Shown: positions 18,918 to 27,352 of the stretch, piece by piece
How positions within the stretch are numbered: the stretch's first letter is position 1
How the letters are laid out: each line of letters opens with the position of its first letter
Origin: Candidatus Harrisonbacteria bacterium
GTDB lineage: Bacteria; Patescibacteriota; Minisyncoccia; UBA6257; 02-FULL-45-10c
Assembly (NCBI GenBank): GCA_016192685.1
Contig: JACPTS010000001.1
Coordinates: forward strand, 458,628-522,627
Direction: 5' to 3'
DNA: 64,000 bases
Made by a program: the position numbers and the translations under genes
The notes under the pieces: generated by a model
What the model saw: the letters and a program-made list of their open reading frames with translations, nothing else
Database searches by the model: none
Told to the model about the DNA's origin: nothing

Positions 18918-21113
18918 ATGGACAAAAAATCCGTAAAAGAAAGAATTGAAAAATTAAAAAAAGAAATAGAGAAATACCGGTATGCCTATCATGTTTTGGA
19001 TAAATCGCTGATTTCCGACGCGGCTTTGGATTCTTTAAAAAAAGAGCTTTTTGACCTGGAACAGCAATATCCGGAATTTATTGCGCCGGATTCGCCGACC
19101 CAAAGAATCGGAGGCCAGCCGCTGAAAGAATTTCAAAAAGTCCGGCACGGCCAGCCGATGCTTTCTTTTAACGACGCTTTTTCCAGAGAAGACATGCAAG
19201 ATTGGCTGGAGAGGCTGGAGAAGTACCTCGGAAGAACAATTACTAAGCGAGGCGATGCCTCTTCTCCGAAACCCCCGCAGCCGCGAGGCATGGTGTCGCC
19301 GCAGGCGACCGAGCGGCGAGGACTTAGCGAGTCACGCGCTGGCGGGACGAAGCGGGTTGAGGAAAGAGGTTCGCCGAGCGCCCCTTTCTATTGCGAGTTG
19401 AAGATTGACGGCCTCGCGATTGAACTGGAATATGAAAACGGCGTTTTGATTAGGGGCTCCACGCGCGGCGATGGATTGATAGGCGAGGATGTTACGCAAA
19501 ATCTAAAAACTATTGATGCTATTCCATTAAAATTAAATGTTCCAAGTTCCAAGTTTCAAGTTCCAAGAAAGCTGATTGTAAGGGGCGAAGTTTTTTTGAC
19601 TAAAAAAGAATTTGACCGGCTCAATAAGGAGCAATTAAAAAAAGGGGGAAAAATTTACGCGAATCCCAGGAATGTTGCCGCCGGCTCTATCCGTCAATTA
19701 AACCCGAAAATTACTTCCGGCAGGAAATTAGATTCTTTTCAGTATGATATTGCTTCGCCCTTCGAAGCTTTAGCGAAGGAGGGTATTCATTTTAAATTTC
19801 ACGAACAAGAGCATGAGATTTTAAAAGAAATCGGGTTTAAGATTAATCCCCAGAATGCCCCCGCGGCAACTTTAGACGAGGTTTTTAAATTTCATGAATA
19901 TTGGGCCAAGCATCGGGAGCAATTGCCTTATGAAATTGACGGGATTGTGGTAATCGTAAACAACAATAAAGAATTTGATGATGGAGGAGTGATTGGAAAA
20001 GCGCCGCGGGCGGCCATCGCTTTTAAATTTTCCGCGAAAGAAGCGACTACCATTATTAAAGATATTAAGGTCCAGATTGGAAGAACTGGCGTCCTTACCC
20101 CGGTTGCGGTTTTAAAGCCGGTGCCGGTTAGCGGAGTGACAATCAGCCACGCCACGCTTCATAATGCCGACGAAATTAAGCGGCTGGATGTCCGGGTTGG
20201 GGATACGGTGATTGTCAGCCGGGCCGGAGATGTGATTCCAAAAATCACCAAAGTTTTAAAAGAGCTTCGTCCGCGGGGGGCAAAAGAATTTGAGATGCCG
20301 AAGAAATGTCCGGTGGATAATTCGCCGGTGGTACGGGACGGAGTTGCTTATAAATGCGGCAATAAAAATTGCGGAGCGAGGAATCGGGAACAGCTTTATC
20401 ATTTTGTTTCCCGAAATGCTTTTAATCTGGAAGGCCTTGGCCCCAAAATTATTGACCGATTTTTGGATGAAGGCCTGATTTCCGATGCCGCGGATATTTT
20501 TACTTTAGAGGAAGGGGATATCGCGGTTTTAGAGCGGTTCGGGGAAAAATCAGCAAAAAATATCGTGGCAGAAGTTAAGATTAAGAAAAAAATCAGTTTA
20601 GCGCGGTTTATTTATAGTTTGGGAATTTTGCATGTTGGCGAAGAAACCTCCGGATTATTGGGAAAGGCGCTTTTGAAAATTAATCCGAAAATTGATTCGC
20701 CCAAAGAAGTTTTGGCCGCGGGCTTAAAACTTACTGAAGAAAAATTGTTTGAAATGCCGGATATCGGCCCGGCAGTTTCCAAAAGCATTTTAGAATACTT
20801 TAAAGATGCTCGCCACCAAAATTTGCTGAAAAAATTTGATGAAGTAGGTATAGAAATAGAAAGTTCAAAATTAGAAGTTAAAAGTCAGAAGTTAACTGGT
20901 TTAAGTTTTGTTTTAACCGGCGGGTTGGAATCTATGAGCCGGGAAGCGGCCAAAGAAAAAATCCGCGCTCTTGGCGGCGATGTCAATGAATCGGTTTCTA
21001 AAAATACTTCGTATGTGGTGGCGGGAAGCGAACCCGGCTCAAAATTTGAGAAGGCAAAGAAACTGGGCGTAAAAGTCATAGACGAAAAAGAATTTTTGAA
21101 AATGTTGAGTTAA
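18918..21113 (+). CDS. ligA: NAD-dependent DNA ligase
   Basis: SPTQRIG, ELKIDG, GEDVT, DGIVV, QIGRTG, CP...C..C, C-terminal BRCT. Confidence 0.97.
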   Translation: MDKKSVKERIEKLKKEIEKYRYAYHVLDKSLISDAALDSLKKELFDLEQQYPEFIAPDSPTQRIGGQPLKEFQKVRHGQPMLSFNDAFSREDMQDWLERLEKYLGRTITKRGDASSPKPPQPRGMVSPQATERRGLSESRAGGTKRVEERGSPSAPFYCELKIDGLAIELEYENGVLIRGSTRGDGLIGEDVTQNLKTIDAIPLKLNVPSSKFQVPRKLIVRGEVFLTKKEFDRLNKEQLKKGGKIYANPRNVAAGSIRQLNPKITSGRKLDSFQYDIASPFEALAKEGIHFKFHEQEHEILKEIGFKINPQNAPAATLDEVFKFHEYWAKHREQLPYEIDGIVVIVNNNKEFDDGGVIGKAPRAAIAFKFSAKEATTIIKDIKVQIGRTGVLTPVAVLKPVPVSGVTISHATLHNADEIKRLDVRVGDTVIVSRAGDVIPKITKVLKELRPRGAKEFEMPKKCPVDNSPVVRDGVAYKCGNKNCGARNREQLYHFVSRNAFNLEGLGPKIIDRFLDEGLISDAADIFTLEEGDIAVLERFGEKSAKNIVAEVKIKKKISLARFIYSLGILHVGEETSGLLGKALLKINPKIDSPKEVLAAGLKLTEEKLFEMPDIGPAVSKSILEYFKDARHQNLLKKFDEVGIEIESSKLEVKSQKLTGLSFVLTGGLESMSREAAKEKIRALGGDVNESVSKNTSYVVAGSEPGSKFEKAKKLGVKVIDEKEFLKMLS
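19245..19382. repeat. GC-rich nested palindromic element inserted in frame in ligA
   Basis: Terminal arms GGCGATGCCTCTTCTC / GAGGAAAGAGGTTCGCC with internal hairpins; adds ~46 aa before the KIDG motif. Confidence 0.7.
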
Positions 21114-21131
21114 GATTATAATTTATTGTAT

Positions 21132-21413
21132 ATGCTTACTAAAAAGGATTTAGAACATTTGGCAGAATTGGCGAGGATTGATTTAAAAGCAGGGGAGGAG
21201 GGAAAATTATTGAAAGACCTCGGGGCGATTCTGGATTATTTTAAAGAATTACAGAGTGTGAATACCGATGGCGTAGCGCCGATGACCGGGGGAACGGAGT
21301 TTAAAAATGTATTAAGAGAAGATGCAGCTGGTGGGACTGATGATACTGGAAAGGGATCAGACGCTTTTCCGGATAAACAGGGTAGTTATTTACGAGTTCC
21401 TCCGGTTTTTTGA
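21132..21413 (+). CDS. gatC: Asp/Glu-tRNA amidotransferase subunit C
   Basis: HLAELARI, NVLRED, YLRVPPVF; precedes gatA. Confidence 0.92.
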   Translation: MLTKKDLEHLAELARIDLKAGEEGKLLKDLGAILDYFKELQSVNTDGVAPMTGGTEFKNVLREDAAGGTDDTGKGSDAFPDKQGSYLRVPPVF

Positions 21414-21415
21414 TT

Positions 21416-22846
21416 ATGCATTCATTACATTCTTTAACTATAAAGAAATTCCATGATGGGCTATTAAAGAAAGAATTTTCCGCATTAGAAATGGCGCAGA
21501 ATTTTTTTGATTGGATTGAAAAGAAAGACGGCGAAATTATGGCTTATTTGAGTTTGAATAAAGATTTGGCAATGCGGCAGGCAGAGGAGGCGGACATTAA
21601 AATAGCCAAGGGCGAATCGCTTAGCGCCTTGACTGGAGTCCCGCTTGCTATTAAAGACAATATTTTAATTGAAGGATTGACGGCGACTGCCGCTTCCAAA
21701 ATTTTAAAAGATTATACGGCGAGTTATGACGCGACGGTGATTAAAAAACTAAAAACCGCCGGAGCGGTTTTCCTTGGGAAAACCAATTTGGATGAATTTG
21801 CCATGGGGTCTTCAACGGAAAATTCCGCTTTCCAGAAAACTAAAAATCCGCATGACCTTTCGCGCGTTCCCGGCGGTTCTTCCGGCGGTTCAGCGGCGGC
21901 AGTAGCGGCAAATATGGCAGTGGCAGCTCTTGGTTCGGATACCGGCGGTTCTATCCGCCAGCCAGCGGCTTTTTGCGGAGTGGTGGGATTAAAACCTACT
22001 TACGGAGCGGTTTCCCGTTTTGGCTTGATTGCGATGGCTTCCAGTTTAGACCAGATCGGCCCGTTTACGAAAACCGTTGAAGATTCAGCTATTTTATTTA
22101 AAGAAATTTTGGGACAAGATGGTTTAGATGCCACTTCAGCTGAGGTTTCGTATGGCAATGAGCTTTTAAATCCCAAATTGGAGGATATCAAAAAATTAAA
22201 AGTCGGCATTCCGGAAGAATATTTCGTGGAAGGATTGGATAAAGAAGTGACAGAAAAAGTTCAGGAAGCGATTAAAACGATTGAAAGTTTGGGTTTAAAA
22301 ACCAAGAAAATCAGCTTGCCACATACCAAATACGCGCTATCCTGTTATTACATTATTATGCCGGCAGAGGTTAGCTCCAATTTGGAGCGGTTTGACGGCA
22401 TTAGATATGGCACGCGCCAGAAAGCGGATAATTTGTTAGAATTGTATAAGAAAGACAGAGAAATGGGATTCGGCTCGGAAGCTAAGCGAAGGATTCTTCT
22501 TGGAACTTTTGTTTTATCTTCCGGATATTATGACGCGTATTACGCAAAAGCTCAGAAAGTCCGCCAATTGATTAAAAAAGATTTTGAAGAGGCATTTAAG
22601 GAGGTGGATGTAATTCTTACGCCGGTTACGCCAACGCCAGCTTTTAAAATCGGTGAGAAAATCAGCGACCCGCTTTCCATGTATCTTTCCGATGTTTTTA
22701 CTATTCCCGTTAATCTTGCCGGCTTGCCCGCAATTTCCATACCGGCAAAGTCGTCAGGCGGATTGCCGGTTGGTTTTCAATTAATCGGCAAGAAATGGCA
22801 TGAAGCGGATATTTTGGGAATCGGGCAATATTACGAACGTTTATAA
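21416..22846 (+). CDS. gatA: Asp/Glu-tRNA amidotransferase subunit A
   Basis: GKTNLDEFAMGSS, PGGSSGGSAA, LGSDTGGSIRQPA, RRILLGTFVLS. Confidence 0.97.
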   Translation: MHSLHSLTIKKFHDGLLKKEFSALEMAQNFFDWIEKKDGEIMAYLSLNKDLAMRQAEEADIKIAKGESLSALTGVPLAIKDNILIEGLTATAASKILKDYTASYDATVIKKLKTAGAVFLGKTNLDEFAMGSSTENSAFQKTKNPHDLSRVPGGSSGGSAAAVAANMAVAALGSDTGGSIRQPAAFCGVVGLKPTYGAVSRFGLIAMASSLDQIGPFTKTVEDSAILFKEILGQDGLDATSAEVSYGNELLNPKLEDIKKLKVGIPEEYFVEGLDKEVTEKVQEAIKTIESLGLKTKKISLPHTKYALSCYYIIMPAEVSSNLERFDGIRYGTRQKADNLLELYKKDREMGFGSEAKRRILLGTFVLSSGYYDAYYAKAQKVRQLIKKDFEEAFKEVDVILTPVTPTPAFKIGEKISDPLSMYLSDVFTIPVNLAGLPAISIPAKSSGGLPVGFQLIGKKWHEADILGIGQYYERL

Positions 22847-22851
22847 ATTTT

Positions 22852-23496
22852 ATGGCGGGACCAAAAAAACCAGAAACCAAGAGTACGGCAACCGGTCTAG
22901 AATTATTAGTTTTTATTTTATTGCTTACCGCGATTATTCCGGTTATCGCCGGTTTTTTTGCTTTTACTTTTAACCCGCTGAAGTTTTTATCGGAAGTTCG
23001 GGCGTATTTTGCGCCGTTTTTTGAAAGATATTTATTTTGGCTGGAAGCATCGGCAGTTATTTTTTCGGCGCTTTTTTTGTGGGGAATTATTTATATTTTT
23101 ATCAAAACCAATTATTTAGAAATTAAACGGGAGCAATTTTTGGATATTTTAGGAAAACCCTATGTTTCCCGCCGCCGTTCTTTGAAGGGCTGGAAGCAAA
23201 TCCAAAGCCGCCTGCAGTCGCAAGAGCAGAACCAGTGGAAATTGGCGATTCTGGAAGCCGACCATATTTTAAATGAAATTCTGAAAATGTCCGGCTATCT
23301 TGGGGCGAAATTAGAAGATAAGCTGGAATTGATTACGCCTGCTCAGCTTTCTAATGTGGAAGAGGTGAAAAAAGTTCATCAAATCCGCCATAAAATCGCG
23401 AGCGACCCAGGTTTTCTAATTACCAACGAGGAAGCTCGGGAAATTATTGATATATATAAAAAGTCTTTTATTGAGTTGAATTTAATCCAAGATTAA
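22852..23496 (+). CDS. Hypothetical membrane protein
   Basis: Two TM segments plus helical domain (KLAILEADHIL); directly after gatA. Confidence 0.6.
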   Translation: MAGPKKPETKSTATGLELLVFILLLTAIIPVIAGFFAFTFNPLKFLSEVRAYFAPFFERYLFWLEASAVIFSALFLWGIIYIFIKTNYLEIKREQFLDILGKPYVSRRRSLKGWKQIQSRLQSQEQNQWKLAILEADHILNEILKMSGYLGAKLEDKLELITPAQLSNVEEVKKVHQIRHKIASDPGFLITNEEAREIIDIYKKSFIELNLIQD

Positions 23497-23539
23497 GGTA
23501 TTTTTAAAATAGTTTTGCTTACTAGATATATTGTTTAGG

Positions 23540-23887
23540 ATGAAACTGAAAGCGGGGATTGAGGGGGAGTTTGAGAAGTGGCGATTAAAAATGTTGAATG
23601 CCCAAAGAATGGAAGTGCTAAGGGGATTTTCAGAAATCAGCGAGTTGCTGGAAGCTAATCGTCCCACAAAGGAAGCGGCAGAAATTTTAGCTAGAAGCAA
23701 ATTAAAAATAAGAATTAAATTGCAAGATCTGGGATATCTGGCGTTGGCGGTTTCCCTATTTCATGAAAAAGGCAGAAATTTTCGGTTTCATTGGAATCAA
23801 TTTTGGCAAGGGGAAGATTGGGCTTTGGATATGGAAGTTTCTGGGCGGGAAAGAGTTTTTAGTCCTTATGCCTCAGAAAAAGAATAA
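23540..23887 (+). CDS. Hypothetical protein
   Basis: ORF followed by AACCCCGCTTAGCGGGGTTT terminator. Confidence 0.45.
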   Translation: MKLKAGIEGEFEKWRLKMLNAQRMEVLRGFSEISELLEANRPTKEAAEILARSKLKIRIKLQDLGYLALAVSLFHEKGRNFRFHWNQFWQGEDWALDMEVSGRERVFSPYASEKE

Positions 23888-23937
23888 CCCCGCTTAGCGG
23901 GGTTTATGTTTGGTTAGAAAAATGATAAAATTTAAGG

Positions 23938-24612
23938 GTGCCAATATTTAGAACCAAAAACGAAAATTTTTTTAAGAAATGGTCACCAGAAATGGCTTAT
24001 GTTTTAGGATTTTTCGTCGCGGACGGGAATTTAACGCTTGGAAAACGAGGAAATCATTATATTGAATTTACTTCTTGTGATAAAGAAATTTTGGAGAGAA
24101 TAAGGAAAAGTCTTGATAGTAATCATAAAATTAGCGCGCGTAAACTCCAGAAAGAAAATCACAAAATTTGTTACAGGATTCAAGTTGGTAGCAAAATTAT
24201 ATTTGAAGATTTAGTTAATTTTGGCTTCAAACCGAATAAAAGCAAAAGATTGGCTTATCCCAAAGTGCCCTCCGCGTATTTTCATCATTTTGTACGCGGC
24301 TATTTTGATGGCGATGGCCACGTGACAGAAGGATTTTATAAAAGCCGGGATAGAAAAAAGCCAAAACATTTACTTTTTGCCGGTTTTACTTCAGGAACCA
24401 AAAGTTTCTTAGAAAAATTGAAGTATAATTTAACAAAAGTTCGTATAGTTAATGGCGGCACACTATATTATTCAAAGGGCTACAGATTAAATTTTTCAAT
24501 TAGCGATAGTTTAAATCTTTATAAATTTCTTTACAAAAGCCTAGATAATCAATTATACTTAGCAAGGAAGAAAAAAGTATTTGAAAAGTATTTAAATGCG
24601 GTAGTAGCTTAG
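23938..24612 (+). CDS. Free-standing two-motif LAGLIDADG homing endonuclease
   Basis: AYVLGFFVADG and HFVRGYFDGDG motifs, KPNKS, LARKK; TGnTAAAAT 6 nt before GTG; stop lies inside tRNA-Asp. Confidence 0.88.
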   Translation: MPIFRTKNENFFKKWSPEMAYVLGFFVADGNLTLGKRGNHYIEFTSCDKEILERIRKSLDSNHKISARKLQKENHKICYRIQVGSKIIFEDLVNFGFKPNKSKRLAYPKVPSAYFHHFVRGYFDGDGHVTEGFYKSRDRKKPKHLLFAGFTSGTKSFLEKLKYNLTKVRIVNGGTLYYSKGYRLNFSISDSLNLYKFLYKSLDNQLYLARKKKVFEKYLNAVVA

Positions 24613-24886
24613 TGGCCTAAAGCGCCTCCCTGTAGGTAACTGCAGCTCCTAATGGAAACTTTGGGATGAACATTCTGGGATAACGGTGAAGCCTTAAATA
24701 AAATTTATTTATGGTAATACCGTGGGAACCGAGCACATAAATCTTTATGTGCTCGGGCGCCGTAGAGACTAGATACCAGAGCGTCTAACCCTAATTTTAG
24801 GTAAGATGAAGATATAGTCCACGCCATTACGAAAGTAGTGGATTCGTGCACGGAGGAGACCGTGGGTTCAAATCCCATCTACCGCG
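24598..24886 (+). tRNA. tRNA-Asp(GTC), split by group I intron (exons 24598-24633 and 24849-24886)
   Basis: Acceptor GCGGTAG/CTACCGC, G73; joined anticodon arm CCTCC-CT GT^C AC-GGAGG; T arm GTGGG TTCAAAT CCCAT. Confidence 0.92.
24634..24848 (+). ncRNA. Group I intron (215 nt) at tRNA position 35/36
   Basis: 5' exon ends in U with P1 CTGT|A pairing to TGCAG (U.G wobble); R-like GTAGAGACTA and S-like AAGATATAGTCC (P7); terminal G. Confidence 0.88.
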
Positions 24887-25063
24887 CAATTATAAAAGCA
24901 GAGCTTGTGCTCTGCTTTTATAATTTTGATTGGAAGGGATTTGAAGGGTATTCCAAAAACATAAACTGCTTTATGTTTTTGGAAACCCCGGCTTTGAAGG
25001 AGGAGCGAGCCTGTGCTTTGCACGTGCGAGCGACGGGTGAAAAGAAATCCCATCTACCGCGCA
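24887..25063. repeat. Fold-back element after tRNA-Asp with antisense and direct copies of the tRNA 3' end
   Basis: 19-bp direct repeat AAATCCCATCTACCGCGCA (24870-24888 and 25045-25063); antisense GGGATTTGAA at 24936-24945; internal hairpins. Confidence 0.7.
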
Positions 25064-25130
25064 TTAGAAAATCTTAGCGAAGAATGAGCTTTAGATTTTC
25101 TTATGCCCCGCCATTGGCGGGGCTACTTAA

Positions 25131-25640
25131 TTAATTTTTCACTGGATTTGAAATAACAATAATCCTTTTTTTCCAGCCAGTTAGGAATTTTTTAAGAGAA
25201 ACTGACCTTCGGATATTCTTTTTGGCGTCGGGGTCGTGATAAAAAATTTTATTTTTTTCCATTCCTACCAGTACTATTAAGTGCCCGCCTCTTTTTGGAT
25301 TAAAGGCATTATAAATAGAGGCCAAGAGAGGATGTTTTTTTAGGTGAATTTTTAATTGAGGAACGGCAATGTTTAAATCAAGTTTCGCCCAATCAAAATT
25401 TTTACCTTTGGCGCCATATTTTTTGGCAAGTTCTACCAGGCTGCGATGTTTCCAGCCGATTCCCGGCAAATAAGCGTCAATTTTAAGCCCCAGTTTTAAT
25501 AAATCATCCGGCTTAGTTTTTCTGCCTGAATATTCCAAAAGCATCGCCAGGCTTACAATGCCGCAGCTTTTTTTGCGCCATTTTGGGTCTTTAATATGAA
25601 GGTGTTGGGAATAAGCTGGGACGAGATGCCGGACTTTCAT
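25131..25640 (-). CDS. C39-like cysteine peptidase
   Basis: YSQ...SCGIVSLAM, GHLIVLVG, YHDP. Confidence 0.8.
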   Translation of the reverse strand: MKVRHLVPAYSQHLHIKDPKWRKKSCGIVSLAMLLEYSGRKTKPDDLLKLGLKIDAYLPGIGWKHRSLVELAKKYGAKGKNFDWAKLDLNIAVPQLKIHLKKHPLLASIYNAFNPKRGGHLIVLVGMEKNKIFYHDPDAKKNIRRSVSLKKFLTGWKKRIIVISNPVKN

Positions 25641-26089
25641 AAGATTCTTTTAAGCATAACCACTGGCCCTTTTTCTTTAATAATTTCGTGTAAATTGGTT
25701 TCTTCAACGCCTTTTTTAGATGAGCCGTGAATTACTTTGTTATTGCCAATATACATCGCTACATGGCCAATGTAGACTTCACATTCCGGAAAAAGTTCGT
25801 CATCATAATGGCCTTTGGTCCCGCGGAAAAACAGCAAATCCCCGATTTGTAAATCGGAGATTTGCTGTCCTGAGCTCGTCGAAGGATTTACATTAATTTC
25901 TTTTCCGGCTTGCGCCGCCTGAAGAATGGTGCTTCTTGGAATTTCAATGCCTAGGTGTTTATATACATATTGAGTAAAAGAAGAACAATCTAAAAATTGT
26001 GGAATTTCTTCCGGCTTGGCAGCGTATTTATAAGGAGTGCCAATCAGTGAGTGGGCGATGGTTAAAATTTTTTCTTGATTTTCATTCAT
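25637..26089 (-). CDS. NlpC/P60 (C40) peptidase
   Basis: GTPYKY, LDCSSF, IPR, GDLLFF, GHVAMYIG..VIH. Confidence 0.9.
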   Translation of the reverse strand: MNENQEKILTIAHSLIGTPYKYAAKPEEIPQFLDCSSFTQYVYKHLGIEIPRSTILQAAQAGKEINVNPSTSSGQQISDLQIGDLLFFRGTKGHYDDELFPECEVYIGHVAMYIGNNKVIHGSSKKGVEETNLHEIIKEKGPVVMLKRIL

Positions 26090-26110
26090 ATTCTATATAT
26101 AATATAGCAT

Positions 26111-26431
26111 AGCGGGGTAGAGCAGTAGTTAGCTCGCCTGGCTCAATAACAATATATTTGGGCGTCTTAATAAGTAATTATTAAGAAGATTACTCGTCAA
26201 ATTCGGGGAAGTCTTAAGTTGCATTTTGCGGCCTGATAATCCCGAGCTAAAATTTAATACTTTAATTGTATTAAATAAATGTGTAGAGACTAGATGGCGA
26301 GGTCGCTTTTGGCGATAAGGTATAGTCCAGACCACAAACCGTAGCACATAAAATTTTATGTGCTCGGGCGATGAAAATCGTAGTAGGTAAGCATAACCAG
26401 GAGGCCGTTGGTGCAAATCCAACCCCCGCGA
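26111..26431 (+). tRNA. Initiator tRNA-fMet(CAT), split by group I intron (exons 26111-26143 and 26392-26431)
   Basis: AGCGGGG/CCCCGCG with 1:72 mismatch, A11:U24, joined arm CCTGG-CT^CAT AA-CCAGG. Confidence 0.88.
26144..26391 (+). ncRNA. Group I intron (248 nt) at tRNA position 33/34
   Basis: P1 GCT|CAA pairs TTGGGC with U.G at the junction; AAATTCGGGGAA, GTAGAGACTA, AAGGTATAGTCC; terminal G. Confidence 0.88.
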
Positions 26432-26610
26432 CATGTTTTAAACAAAAAATACCTTGATATAAGGTATTTTTTGTTAGCATTGCGGGGGTTGGATAGGGAA
26501 GGGGTCGGGAAACGGGAGTTTCCCGTGTCGGAAGGCACCGAGCACATAAAATATTTTATGTGCTCGGGTCGGAAAACCGAGGGTTTCCGAGCATTCTAAT
26601 CCCCCGCGAC
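26432..26610. repeat. Fold-back element after tRNA-fMet with antisense and direct copies of the tRNA 3' end
   Basis: GCGGGGGTTGGAT (26482-26494) is the reverse complement of 26417-26429; CCCCCGCGAC repeated at 26423-26432 and 26601-26610. Confidence 0.7.
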
Positions 26611-26638
26611 TAATTTAAAAATACCCGTGTGGGTATTT

Positions 26639-27328
26639 TTAAATTTTGAATCTGTATTTTAAAATTGTCCAGATTCCAATCAAGCCATCTTTAAAGGAAA
26701 TTTTCTTCCCTTCTTTAAAAGTTCGCGGCTGGTAGCGGACCGGCACTTCTTTAATAAGGCCGCCGCGCTTTAAAATTTTACAGGTAACTTCTTCGCAGAA
26801 TTCAAAACCATTGCTTTTAAGATTAAGAGATTTAAGAAAATCGGTCCGGAAAAGTTTGTAGCCGGTATTAATGTCCGTAAGATGCGAGCCAAAAAATAAA
26901 TTGGTTATAAAAGTTAAAGACCGGCCGCCAAAATAATAATGAAAATAGCCTCTGCCGGCGTTGCCAAGATTGCGTGACCCATAAACCGCCGCGGTATTTT
27001 CATCCATCACGGTAAGCATCCTCGGCCAATCTGCCGGATCATATTCTAAATCCGCGTCTTGAATTATTGCGTAGTCCCCGGTGAGATGAGGTAGGGCGGT
27101 TTTAATTGCCGCGCCTTTGCCCAGATTTTTTTGGTGGCGCAAAACCAGATATTCCGAACTTAATTTTTCCAGAATCTCTGGGGTTTTATCCGTAGAGCCG
27201 TCATCAACGATAATAATTTGTTTTTGGATTGGGCTAAGATTAACGCTCGCCACCCTCCGCAATATTTCCGCAATGGTATTTTTTTCGTTATAAACCGGAA
27301 TAATTATGGAAAGAGTTTTTAGATTCAT
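26639..27328 (-). CDS. Glycosyltransferase family 2 (DPM synthase-like)
   Basis: IIIPVYNE, VDDGSTD, GKGAA, QDADLEYDP, TDINTGYK. Confidence 0.9.
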   Translation of the reverse strand: MNLKTLSIIIPVYNEKNTIAEILRRVASVNLSPIQKQIIIVDDGSTDKTPEILEKLSSEYLVLRHQKNLGKGAAIKTALPHLTGDYAIIQDADLEYDPADWPRMLTVMDENTAAVYGSRNLGNAGRGYFHYYFGGRSLTFITNLFFGSHLTDINTGYKLFRTDFLKSLNLKSNGFEFCEEVTCKILKRGGLIKEVPVRYQPRTFKEGKKISFKDGLIGIWTILKYRFKI

Positions 27329-27352
27329 AATAATAGTTTAGAATAAGTAAGT

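Noticed and set aside
19245-19382. Intein in LigA
   Set aside because: Too short, no N-terminal Cys/Ser or C-terminal His-Asn; the DNA is palindromic instead
24838-25077. ORFs 24838-25077 (+) and 24868-25053 (-)
   Set aside because: They overlap the tRNA-Asp exon and the fold-back element; no protein features
26129-26599. Four short ORFs over tRNA-fMet
   Set aside because: Explained by the tRNA, intron and palindromic trailer
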